Source of the DNA: Lytechinus pictus
Lineage: Eukaryota
Reading direction: 5' to 3'
Assembly: GCF_037042905.1 (NCBI RefSeq)
Contig: NC_087251.1
Location: 21,206,001-21,270,000, forward strand
Length of the DNA stretch: 64,000 bases
Shown here piece after piece: positions 22,249 to 34,495 of the stretch (within the stretch, counting starts at the first letter, position 1; every line of letters starts with the position of its first letter). The notes beneath the pieces are model-generated. The model worked only from the letters and a program-made list of their open reading frames with translations. It had not been told where the DNA came from and ran no database searches. The translations under genes were made by a program, and so were the position numbers.

Positions 22249-22572
22249 GGATTCCATTTGCAAAGGCAAAGGCAAGGGTGATATAAATTGGATTAGTGAG
22301 ACAGAGAGAGAGAGGGTGTGGGGGAGGGAAGATGGAGTGATGAAGGATGAGGGATGAGTGTGTGTGAGAAAGAATATAAACAGAGTGAGCAAGAGAGCGA
22401 GAGAAAAAAAGAAAGTACATGTAAGCGGAAACATCAACAGAAAACAGTAACTAACAGAAAGAATAGAACATGAAAATAATTGTAGAGAAGTGAAAGTGTT
22501 AATTATATATGAAATAAGATGGCAGAGAGAAAAAAAGGAACACACTCATGACAAAACATGTCTACGTAACTA

Positions 22573-23089
22573 AGGGTTGTTCAATGTCGATTTGCAAAGT
22601 TAAACAGCAACATGAGTCATGAATGCAAACTCAATTACAAAACACAGAACACAAACAAGATAAGCGGTGCACTGTTAAGTGCCGAAAATATACAATCTGA
22701 TCATTTTTTAATCATGTTTAAATTTCCCACTTTCATTAATGCAGCTTTATTAAGCAATTTGACCCATCACAAAAAAGGTAAATTCTAGTACTAGTGGATG
22801 TATGCTTCCAATGCAGAGCAAGTTTAAAGACGTTTCAAAAGTCAATTGTGTTCAATGTCGCATTCCCAATGCTGAAGGCCATAAAATCTGAGCTGATCGC
22901 GTTTCCAAATGTCCTTTCCGCATTTAAATTTTCCTTCCAATTACAATTGAGAGAAGTTTACTGTTACAACCAGGAATGGGGAACATTGAACACATCCTTT
23001 GTTTCTCTTATATCCACGTTTTGTAATAGCGTTTTAAATCATGATTCATGTTGCTGTTGAAAATTGAAAATCAACATTGAACACACCCT
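22573..23089. mobile_element. About 515-bp MITE
   Basis: AGGGTTGTTCAATGTCGATTT / AAATCAACATTGAACACACCCT termini, with internal copies of TGTTCAATGT. Confidence 0.65.
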
Positions 23090-24551
23090 ATGTATCCTTT
23101 AGAAATGAAGAGCAAAACTTGTTTACTGCAATTATTGATGACTTCCTATCCAGTCTGTCCTTGGGGCATATTTCAAATTTGACAAGATCGGCAGAATAAT
23201 AGATCTTCAAGATAGATCCTCTTACAACAGGTCCATGTTTCAAATGTGTCAGTGAATTTCACTATCAGGCCCTCTCAAATGTACAGTCATTAATGCACAA
23301 AGGCAAATGAAATGGGTCAGAGATGTACACGTAAATAGGTCACACGCCCCTTTTTCTCCTTACCATTAATCATATGAAGAAAGATCTTTCTCCAGGCAAC
23401 AAGCTATAACGTAGTCATGGGTCATAACAGATCCTAGTAACCTTCTCAAGATTGATGGTAACAACTTATTGTAGTACTGGTATAACGCATAATTGAAATT
23501 TAGATGTGAGTAATGATGAGTAAACATACAATACCAATGAGTATCGACTTAATTTATAATTTGCAATACTAGTACCTAGTATTACGAGATGAATTGTGGG
23601 AAAATATTAACCCACACCCAATCAGCCCATTTAATATTGTCTGAGAGACAAATCAGCTCTAATGAAATTTCAATCCAAAGATTCAAATGACATATCGAGA
23701 GTAAATATTGAAAACGCCTTGATTCATATACAGACAGTTGATCGATCGAAAAGTGATTTTTACTGTAAAACAGAAACACAATATGATCAATTCTATCCAT
23801 ATCATAATTCAATGAATTCAAGAATATGTTTGATTTCACGAAACAATCATATCTACTTTTTTCATGCAAACAAATCCAAATGATTTGCATGGATGAGACA
23901 TTTTGAATACTTTTTAGTGTGCACAAACAAATCCAAATGATTTGCCTGGCAACATTAGTAAAACCAGTTAACACAAAATATTGCCCACAAATTCTTTTGA
24001 TCTTTTTGGCTAATTCCCAACTGTTACATATTTTCTTACCATATCAATGATAAACATGACACCATGTGGAAATAGAAAACCTTTTCCCACTCTCATACTA
24101 CCAAAATATACAATGGATATATGAAACATTTGAATATTTTCTAATTTTAGAAATGCATCCAAAACAACTCATACAAGAGAATAATAATTTCAGAAATATA
24201 TTAAAAAACTTATGATACACTGGTAGTCAGTGTGCAAGCAAAGTAAGACAACCCTACAAATTTGCACAATACAGGTGATAATTGAAGGTTTGATATTCTG
24301 ACTCTGAATTTTTGCCATGGCCCATTCCATCAAGTCTCTTGCCTTACTTTCGAACAAATCAACTAATCACGATATTGTACAATGTATGAGATGATATATA
24401 TGATATGACAGTGACTTTTCAGATACAATGGCTGTTTGATATTATGTCCTCTATTGAAATATTACATCATATGACCATTCAGAAACATATCCAAAGGTCC
24501 TATATATGCAGCATGTCCCAACATCCTAATAATTTACAAATTCAAGTTTAT

Positions 24552-26882
24552 GGGCATTTTCACCACAGATGGACAGAGGCAAAAAAATCAAGTTGATATA
24601 CATGTCAAATGCTTTATGTTTTTTAATAAAACAAGACCTGAAGTTTCTGAGACAAAATTTTTTTCCGACTCTGGCAGCCATTTTTTATTTCAAAATGGCT
24701 GCCAAAGTATGGATACAAATTAGTGTTGAAAATAGTATATTGATACATATTTTGTTTTGACAGATTTTTAAAGAACAGGTTTGATCATGATGTTTTCGCC
24801 TGTGATTTAGCTTGCTATTATAACACTTTTTAAAATCCCACAGAAAGAAACACCAGTCATTCATTCATCTGATAAAAAAACATTGATGAAGTATGTGATA
24901 TGGTATGTAATGTCAGTTACCGAAAACATGAACTTTTTTTCTCATTTCCTGGAAAAGAGGATATATTATATGAAACTTGGTAGATTTCCTCTCTAGGTAG
25001 CACCCCTCCCTTCGACACCAAAATTAAAGATTACCAATTAACAATGAAGCCATAGGGTACCATTAAATATATGTAATGTCAGTTACCAAGTGGAAAATGT
25101 AATGTCAGTTACCGAGATGTAATGTCAGTTACCATGATAAAACGTTGGTTACCAATATTGAAATGCAAATATGTGGTCAATTTTATGGTGAAGAAATATT
25201 GTATACATGTACTTGTTATTTAAGTCTTTCACTTTAAAAGTCACACCAGAAGGAGCTTGCTATTGACTTTTAAAAGGTATAGTTCACAAGGAATACTATA
25301 TGAAATTATGAAGGAAGTTGCATTCCCATCGTGCAAAAAAATTTACAATGAAATTGTTTTGTACATGCACTTACCAAGTACCTAATTGTTTGTATCAGAC
25401 AATATTTTATTTGGTTATCGGGGGGGGGGGGGGGGTAGGGGGTACTTTTCCCAACCTATTGCCTAAATCTGCAACATTTTTTAAGCTTAACATTGTGATG
25501 AAGGGGATTTCCAGGGTCCCTTTTTTAGTTTCTAGGATTCTTTTGAGCATTGCCTCGCTAAAAGTAAATTCCTGGTTTTTATACCTGTTAGTAGTGTGGA
25601 TGTGTGATACAATTTTGTTTTTGGTTTACAAGTATAGATGAAAAGTGAAATTTGACAGTTCTGATCAATGTTGCATGGATCTACTAAAACTGTGTTTTTT
25701 TTCTTCAAATTTACAAATAGTTCAGTTTCAGTTTAGAAGCTGGAGTTTATTTTTTGTTGACAGCTTATAAAAGAAATTAGCAAAGAAAATGATTAAACAA
25801 ATTATGAAGAGAATTGAAATCCGACAGATATGAACAAGCATTGATTGCACTGACCAGAATAGAAATCAATAAAACTACATGGCTGCATGAGATTTGGGGG
25901 AGGGGTACATGTAGCCTAGGGGAGGAGACCCTTATTCATTTTGCCTTTTTTGAGGGGAGGGGGAGGTTGGAGAAGTAAAAGGTTTAAAAAGTCAATATAA
26001 AACTGATGAATATATTATGGGTGTATAATCAGAAAAATCCATGTGTACAGTCAATGCAATATTAAATTACTATAGGAAAACATGTAGCTGCTATGACAAC
26101 CCACCCCCACCCCCCCCCCCCCCCCCCGACTAAGTAAAACATACATTTCTTATCTTTGGATAATTAAAAATGTGAAGTATTATGAAACTTTTATGATTTT
26201 AAAAAGCCTTACATATAAGTACCAAGAAAATTATGCCTTTGAAAATCATATAGCACTGGTAAATGTTAATGTGTATTGTCAGTTACCGACAAGTAATGAT
26301 AAAAATGTTCAAATCAAAGAAAGGAATTAAGAAAAAGAAAAAGTTTTTTCATTGAAATGTTCCTAAAAACTCGGGTATACTTCCACATCAAGCTCACTTT
26401 CATGTGAAGCCCTGCACAGAAGATACAATGCAATGATTCCACACATTTGACTTCCATGTGTTATCTCTATGGCAAATTAAGTGTAATGTCAGTTACCAGC
26501 ATGGTTGTGGAAAAATTATCATAGTCCCCAAAAGACAAAAACGAATTGTTTAATATTTTGACACATCTTAACCTAGTAACGGAGGTATATTTACATATTC
26601 AAATTATTACTCTATCTACTCAGGGACATGAGATATTTCAATTTTAATGAACACCCTGAAATTGCATGTCCTTTTGCGTAATGTCAGTTACCGACACATT
26701 TTTGCTTGCTGATGCGTAAAAAGATGTGGTTACATAGGAAAACTTAGTATCAGAGTATACAGCAAGGTTCACTTTATTAACTCTATCAAAAGCAAACTCC
26801 CATCATTTGTTGTTTACAGATACACACAATGAAAGGTGTGAAAACATTGTGCTGTGTAATGTCAGTTACCGTGAAAATGCCC
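24552..26882. mobile_element. 2.3-kb non-autonomous DNA transposon with 4-bp TSD (Sola-like)
   Basis: TTAT|GGGCATTTTCAC...GTGAAAATGCCC|TTAT, with eight internal TGTAATGTCAGTTACC-type motifs. Confidence 0.8.
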
Positions 26883-26987
26883 TTATATGAATAAAGTTTG
26901 CATATTTCAGCAAGCTCAATTCATGTTGTATTTTCTGTACATTTCAAAGGCCTTGATTCACTGGTTTTGAATTTACAAGCCCTTATA

Positions 26988-27497
26988 CAGTGCATCCCAG
27001 AAAAAGGAAACCTGGATTCCGACATCTTTTTTTCTTCAAAGGCAAATTGATTATATTTCATTTACATCATCATCATCCAATTCAATTATTCCTCTACATT
27101 TTGATACCTAATATGTAATGAACTCTTCACACATTAATTAGCAAAATGAGATTGAAATTTTAATGTCAAAATCAGGTTGCGCAGAAACACAAGATTGGTT
27201 TGTGATTTGACAACCGTGCTTATCCAACATTTGACTCATTTGAATTTCCTTTGTATTCTTTGTTAAAGTTCTCTGACTGATCCCCGAAATGAGAGTCGAT
27301 TCAGATTCTTATGTGAGTTTCTGATAGGCCTCAATATTTATTGATTGCAACCTGCCATGCGTGAATGATTTGCTAAGCTGGTGTTCTTAAGATGAGATTC
27401 TACTCCTACCATGAGAATCAAATTCATGATAAAAACATGTTTGACAATCGTGAAATTCATCTCTGAAAACCTGTTTCCATTTCTGTGGGATGCAGTG
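26988..27497. mobile_element. Tc1/mariner-type MITE (TA TSD)
   Basis: TA|CAGTGCATCCCAGAAAAAGGAAAC...GTTTCCATTTCTGTGGGATGCAGTG|TA. Confidence 0.75.
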
Positions 27498-29841
27498 TAT
27501 AACAGCAGTGTTTGATAGTCTCCATTCCAAGTTTGATAATTGAGAATTTAAATTCAGGGGACGAATGGATTGGCCATATCAGGGAAATATCCCTGCCTAT
27601 ATCTTGGATGTTCAAATGGCAGTTGACATGAAAGAGACAATCCAGAAATAACAGTGCTTTAAACTTGGAATGGGCTGAAAAGCACCACTATTATACAATT
27701 GTCTATTCAAAAGGGTGGAAGCAAAACCATCTATTTGATGAGCTTTTTATTTCTGCTCATTTAATTGAGATTAAAACTTAATTTTAGAATTTCTTCAGAA
27801 GTATTTCTTTTTGTGGGGGGATGCACAGTGGGGCTCAAAAAACAAATTGTTGACGTGGCGTAACAAGGCCAATAAAAATTTGGGTAGGTAGGGTGGATTT
27901 TTTTTTTTTTTTTTTTTTTTTTGGGGGGGGGGGTATTGTCGTTATCGTCGCTTATATTTGCATACATCAAAGTAGCAATTTATACACATACATACATACA
28001 GTGGCGTAGATAGGTCCTCGGACAATATGTTCAAATAACTCTCCACACACACACACACACTAATATACATGTATATGGACACAGAATGAGCCAGAAATTG
28101 TTGAAATCTTTTTCCGCATTGCGATTTCGATATTTACGCAATTGATATCGGATTAAAAAATAAAAAAGCATAGGGTTGGTGATAATTTTAGGGTCAGGCA
28201 GATTATGCCAAGTAAACAATTTTTTTTTTGCCACGTGTTTAAAATATCAGGTTCGTCTAAAAGAGATGTGTGTCTCACATAGCTGCACAGCCATCTTTTG
28301 CCAATTATCATTAAATGTAATTTGTCATAGCTAGTACAGTTTACAAGTATATTGGCTATTATCCTGAAGCACTTGACCTCATTTTTAATGGACCCATAAA
28401 GAGTGTGTTTTCAGTATCATTTGTTGTCCTAATTGAGGTTCTGTGTAATGCAATGAATGCCTCAAATAAAAGTGCATTCCGATTAACAACGAAAATAGTG
28501 GCGCCTCATATAAAACAGTAGGAAACATGTCCGTACTCATTTCATCACTTATCAGCTTTATGCCTTTTTTTTGGTGGTCGCCTCCTACCGCATCAAGATT
28601 TACGTTTCTAAAATTTGTTAGACCGGTTGGACTTACATTAGCCATTTGGGATTTCTGTTAAATATATAAGGAATTTTCATCGTAATCATACTCATTCAGA
28701 ACCTATATTAAAACAAATTTTATATGGTTTAAAGACATTCACATCTGACGTCATGTTCAAAATAAAGATTATACGACAAGCGGTGGACTAAGGTAATGGG
28801 TATGTGGTTTTAAGACAACCTAGCGATAATGTATTTGACCCACTTCAGACTAGGACTCTGATTTCCAATGGGAGAGTTCAAAGTGATGGATCGATCTTTC
28901 TCAGATCCTAATGATATGGTCACACCTCCAATAATAACCCCCACTTCATCAACCAAAACAGGACTAGGTAAATTTGTACCATGTGAGTACTGCAAGAAGA
29001 CAAACTTGTAATTTTAGACTTGAAAGGAGATTAACTTTTTTAGTACGATTTCTGAGTACAAACCTTCAATTTACAGCTGCATTCTTTTCATGGTGATATA
29101 GGTAATCAAATTTGAAATAAGCTGTCCAAATTTGCAGTCAATCTTCTCTCATTATTTTTCAACCTTTATAAAATATAAATCTTTTAAGAGATTCCTATTT
29201 TTCTCTCCTGATAATTTTTTGTTGTATTGTTACTTGCTACTGTGAAAATTGTATTCCTAATGTTTCATTTATGTTTATGTATTCATTTTGTAGAGTAAAA
29301 GGAGCCCATTACCTTACAAATACTGGCTCTATATAGATCTTGTGCTTAATCAATTATCGCTAGAGGGTATTCATTTGTCTCGCAATCTACTATGGTCAAC
29401 AAGGAAATTCGTGATCACTCTCGCAAAAAGTGTTCACTTGCTTTCTAGGAAATTCGTGATCACTCTCCCAAAAAGTGTTCACTAGCTTACAAGTTCACGA
29501 GCTTTCGAGTGCCCCTGCAACTCTTTATCAAGTGACAAAAATTATCTGATAGCGTAGTCTATTTATACCAATCCCCAGGACCGAACACACGAACGCGGGA
29601 ACAATAGGTGGGCACTGATCCGTTATGTGATTGGTCAGGCGTATATGCAAATAAGCCGGAGGTATATGCAAATACGCCGCGAGTCGGCAATATGCAAATA
29701 ACACAAAATTTGGGGTCGGCATGCACTGCCAGATAAGGGGGTATTGTGCTGTCGGATGGTTCGCATCCAGAAATCGGGGATGTCGATTCCGCTGTCTCTG
29801 TTGAAGTTGTTAGGACAAAGATGTATACTAATTGCCTCCTT

Positions 29842-29973
29842 AAGCGCGATGTTCGGTTACAGCGAACCGACACATCCGCGGTAGCAGAACATGCTTGGGA
29901 GAAGCAACACCACCCAGATTGGGAGGGTGTACATTGCGTTGCCAAAGAGAGACATTGGTATACACGCAGGATC
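29842..29973 (+). pseudogene. Penelope-like retroelement GIY-YIG endonuclease C-terminal fragment
   Basis: KRDVRLQRTDTSAVAEHAWEKQHHPDWEGVHCVAKERHWYTRRI fits the PLE pattern SAVAEH-x5-H-x2-DW...ExxWxxR. No RT domain seen nearby. Confidence 0.75.
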
Positions 29974-32900
29974 TACATCCTCCAGTCCAATGGATTAATG
30001 GATTACTAAGTATACCCCTTTGATAATTTCTGATGCAAAAATGAGAATAATTCTCACACAGAGATTTGAAAATATATTCTAATCTCTGTCAAGGCTTTGC
30101 ACGTACACACATACTTATTCATTTTTTTTACCTCACATATCAAGTACACATAACCACAGGACCACACCAATGTATTGCCTTGGACTATTAACTCATTGTA
30201 CATGTAAATCCATCCTCAGATCCAGAATTTCTTTTCAAACATTGATTATCCTATAAATTCACTGTAATCTTGTCTTACACCCCATGATTGTCCGAAAAAG
30301 CCATCAAATCATGTATTGGCTTTCACAAAGAGCATCTGACACCACTTTCATTACCGCTTAAGCTGGCTGTTGTACAAGATGGTGTACTATATCCAACTTA
30401 CTCTGTTTTTGGTTGCTTTATTCCTAACCATATTCTAAATTGTTGTGGCAAAGGATCAGAGCACGAGGACGACCAACAACTAGTGTATCTGACTCTTCCT
30501 TGACCTAGATACAGATCCCTAAGGAACATGCAAGCAAAGCAGCGAATAAACAGGCATTCCCTGGGAAAAAAGAAGTATGATGGGTAATTTTCATTTTCCT
30601 GTTCATTTACAATCAAAATTAAAGGGGACTTTCAAGTCACGTCTAAAATATTTATATTCCCCCCTTTTTTCTTGGGGGGGGGGGCGGTCCCCATTCCTCT
30701 AATGAGGACTATTTCAAGCAATTAGTAATTGGCAAAAAGGTTTGCATATTCCATGGATTTTTGTTCAATAATGTTCAAGCTTATATTTGTTCAATTACCA
30801 ATGATGCAAGAAACTAACACATATTTTTGCAAAATCAATCCAAGCTGTTACTCTTTGTTTTACATATAGACCTACACTTTTAATTCTAATGTGGCTCAGA
30901 ATGGCAGAAGCGAAAATTACTTTCATTCCAAATTAGAGGGACTTGGCTACATATATAATGTTGAGCCGTACTCAAAAGGAAATAATTTATAGCAAAAATC
31001 ATAAAAAGCCCCATCAAATTTAAATTTTAAGCTCAGAATGGAGATAACTCTCAGCTAGTGCCTTCCTCAGTCAAATTCTTCTCTAGAATGAAAAATGGTG
31101 TAGTTTACTCCGTATGAGATGGAATCTAATAGCAAGTCAGAAATGACGGAAATAAAATTCTAAAAGAAATCATAGACAAGTATGAATCTAATAAGTCTGG
31201 AAATCCATGGACAATTGTATAATTAGTGAATGGATTTAGAATACATTTCATTCAAGACTTTAAAAATTACGATAATAATTATATTTGATATTTTTACAGC
31301 ACACATGTCTACCATGTCTACAAGGCACTTGAATATTAACCTGAAATAAATAGCTTGGCTATGTTTTACAGTGCTCACAAGTCCCGACATACATATAAAC
31401 TCTTCCTGCTGGTACCCAACTATGCTACTATGATTTACAATAATTCACAATAAACTACTTTCAAATATGGTAGTCTATCATTTATAAAGTAAATTGCGCT
31501 TCTCACTTTTGCCACTTATACAACACAGACACAAATATGATGGTGAGGAAACCTTTGAGGGATGTAGTTATGAGCAAAATCATACCAGGCATCTTAAGTC
31601 ACTAGAAGGTTCAAACAGTAAACTAGGTCAGTTTTTCACAGCTTTGCCTATGTGACATGAATGAGTAGGTTATATTGCACGCAACTGTCATATCAAATGA
31701 GCCCATGATCAAATATTCATTGCCTGTACACCTCACGATAATGATACATATATTCCAATGATGGCAGCAATTAAGCAAAAATAGGAAGCTTGGTTAAAAA
31801 GTCAAGAAGTCAACATCCTTACCCTGTAAACAAACATCTTTCCCTAAAGACCCGGGAGATGATAATTGGTCTAAGGCTGCCAAGAGAGGGCTCTAAACAT
31901 CTACTTCCAAGAGGGGATGGAGTGGTTGATTGACACGCACACCTACAAAGAGCTTTTGCCCGTGGCAAAAAGCGACTACTAATATAGGGCGCACATGAGA
32001 GTTGGAAATTAGGTGACCATAATTAATTCTCCTGTGAGAAATTTGTTTTATTGACCCTAAAATTTGCCTGCCAGCAAAACGGTAATTTCTTCTCCATTCT
32101 CTCTTGCATTTAGAAAAAAAAAGAAAGATGCACTTACTTATTTCTCGCATGGGAAATAAAAATGATTTCTGACGCCTACCGCTTCTGTTTAAGTTGCTTG
32201 TTGGGAGGACGAACAGCTAAACATCTGCATTATATAAAGCTTTCCAGGACTAATCAAATTTTGTTCTTAAATTTTAATTTTTAAATTTTGTTCTTAACAA
32301 TTTTGGTGAAGGGGAAATCTTTAAAATTTATATCAGTTTGTTTTAAAAACTGAAAGTTAACTAGAGATTTGTTCTTTCAACTGACCATTCATCAGTTGGC
32401 TGTTATTTGGTTTACAATGTACAAATTTCCTTAGATTTTCACCTCTTCATTTTCATCTCTCACATGATTTAATGTTAATTGCTTCATTGCTTTCAAATGT
32501 TATCAATATTGGTTAATAAAAACTACTAGTACGAGAAAGGTTTGGCTATTTACTTTGAGTTTACTGATGTCATGTGAAGACAATTGATATCAAAATGGAG
32601 GTTTTTTTTCAAGGACAGGTAATAGAAGTTCAGTAAAACAAATTATTTAGCACACCAAATAGGTGATATATTTGAGATTTTTTTTTCTACAATTGCTCTG
32701 ATTTTGTTACATTTGCATCAAAAGTCGAGAAAATCGTGTTCAAAGTTTGGATGTTTTTCAGATGCTAAAATCAATCTTTTTAGCAGAATTCCTTGTGCAC
32801 TTCATGATTTACTTCTACTTTTATCCATAACTATTTCAAAATTTTGTGCATATCATTTTTATAAACTTTTTAAAGGTTAATGGCGACACTGAAGTGGTAA

Positions 32901-34327
32901 GATTCATTGATAGTCACATTGCCATTTGCTTAAAGAAGCCTGAACCAATATTTGAATGTAGGAAAAATTTCAGGATATTACAAAGATATCATTTTGTAGG
33001 AATATTTCAAAATGTAACCCTGTTTTTTATATGCAGTGTAGTACAGTACAGTCATATCACTTTCATTTAATTTGATTTAGTATTTTGAGAATAATGAACA
33101 AAATGTTTGTTTGTATCATGGTTAATTGAAATACACTTGAAGCTTGAACCAGCAATCTGTATTTATACTCATCAAATTAATGCCACTAACAGTACCAAGT
33201 TCTCACTTCTGCTATGCAGAAATAAATGAGAAATAAAATTATGATAAAAAATAATAATAATTTCATTATTATTATCAATGATTCTCATCATCTGCAAAAA
33301 GATCAGAATATCCAATAGGCATCATTCCATGAACAATGTATATCCCTTTTAAAAGTATGTGCAGTGTACATGTACTGCCATCGCACGTACCATTCAGCCA
33401 CTAATACAGTAAATCAACTTTTACATGAAATTCATTAAAATTCTGCCTCGTCTTAACTGTCTTGGCATAAAATTTGGCTTGAAACTTGCTGACAAAGCAC
33501 AATCAAGCATCATCTGCCAGGGTAATCCTTTCAATTCCTGTATATAAATATCAGAAAATTGCTACATTGAAAATTCCTGAAAATTGCAGAAAATTCCCCA
33601 AATTCCCAATAAATTCCTGTTTATTCCCATGGAAAGTTTCCACCACAAAAATTCCCGGGAATTTTGCAACCATAGACGTCACTGTGTCGGGCTTCTTCCG
33701 GTTGACTCTTGCAAAGCTCAAGGCATGTGCTATTATGTGCTATGCATGCATTTCTTGCTACGTGCATTTAACTTCAAGTTCTGTGTTGGTCATCGCATCG
33801 TTTTTGCTGCTTTTGCTGCTTTTCATTTTTTTTGTCAAGTTCTAGTAAATGAACTAACTGGACAATGATCTAAGTTGTTGTTGAGTTAACAGTGTCAATA
33901 TTAAATTGGATCTACGCTGAAATTCACTTCCGAACACCATTTTCAATAAACTGAATTCTGTAAGCAAAAGATTGATTTTTCAAGAGCCCAAACACCTAAA
34001 CTTCGGGTGTCAAACTGCGCACTGGATCAGCCCGAATCCCAGGAGAAACAGCGTTAGAATGAAGGTCATCTAAACCCTGATTCTGAGGTATTGTACAATG
34101 CCTACTTAGCTTGTTGTACGCGAGCAAATGGGAGACTGAATGTCACACATTTGTACCATTGCACACACCACGTACCATCCAAAGTGTGCCGTTGCAGTAA
34201 AAATTTGCGTTAAGCTTGCTGGATTCATGTGCAATTCTGCCCGAGGTCATGTGCGCTTGTGGGATTTTTCTTTTCGCTTTCAATATTTTTGCTCATTGAT
34301 TTTCGCTAAACTCTGAGGCATTGTACA

Positions 34328-34495
34328 ACACAAATAGCGAACATTCTTATTCATGCAATGGTGCAAGATTTTGCATTCGGTGAAAGAAAGAAAACCTCTA
34401 TTCAACTCGGCTAACGCCTCGTTGAATAGAGCATCTTTCTTTCACCTCATGCGAAATCTCGCACCATCGCACTCATGCCTATTCGCTGTTTGTAT
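34328..34495. repeat. About 165-bp imperfect hairpin, probably a transposon end
   Basis: GGTGAAAGAAAGA..CTCTATTCAAC-TCGGCTAACGCCTC-GTTGAATAGAG..TCTTTCTTTCACC, with outer arms out to ACAAATAGCGAA/TTCGCTGTTTGT. Confidence 0.8.

Noticed and set aside
24906..26870. Repeated 16-mer as a CRISPR-like array
   Set aside because: Spacing ranges from 20 bp to over 1 kb, the repeats lie inside a TIR/TSD-bounded element, the context is eukaryotic and there are no cas genes.
30379..30583. Signal-peptide-like start MVYYIQLTLFLVALFLTIF
   Set aside because: Stop codon after 19 residues and no supportable continuation.
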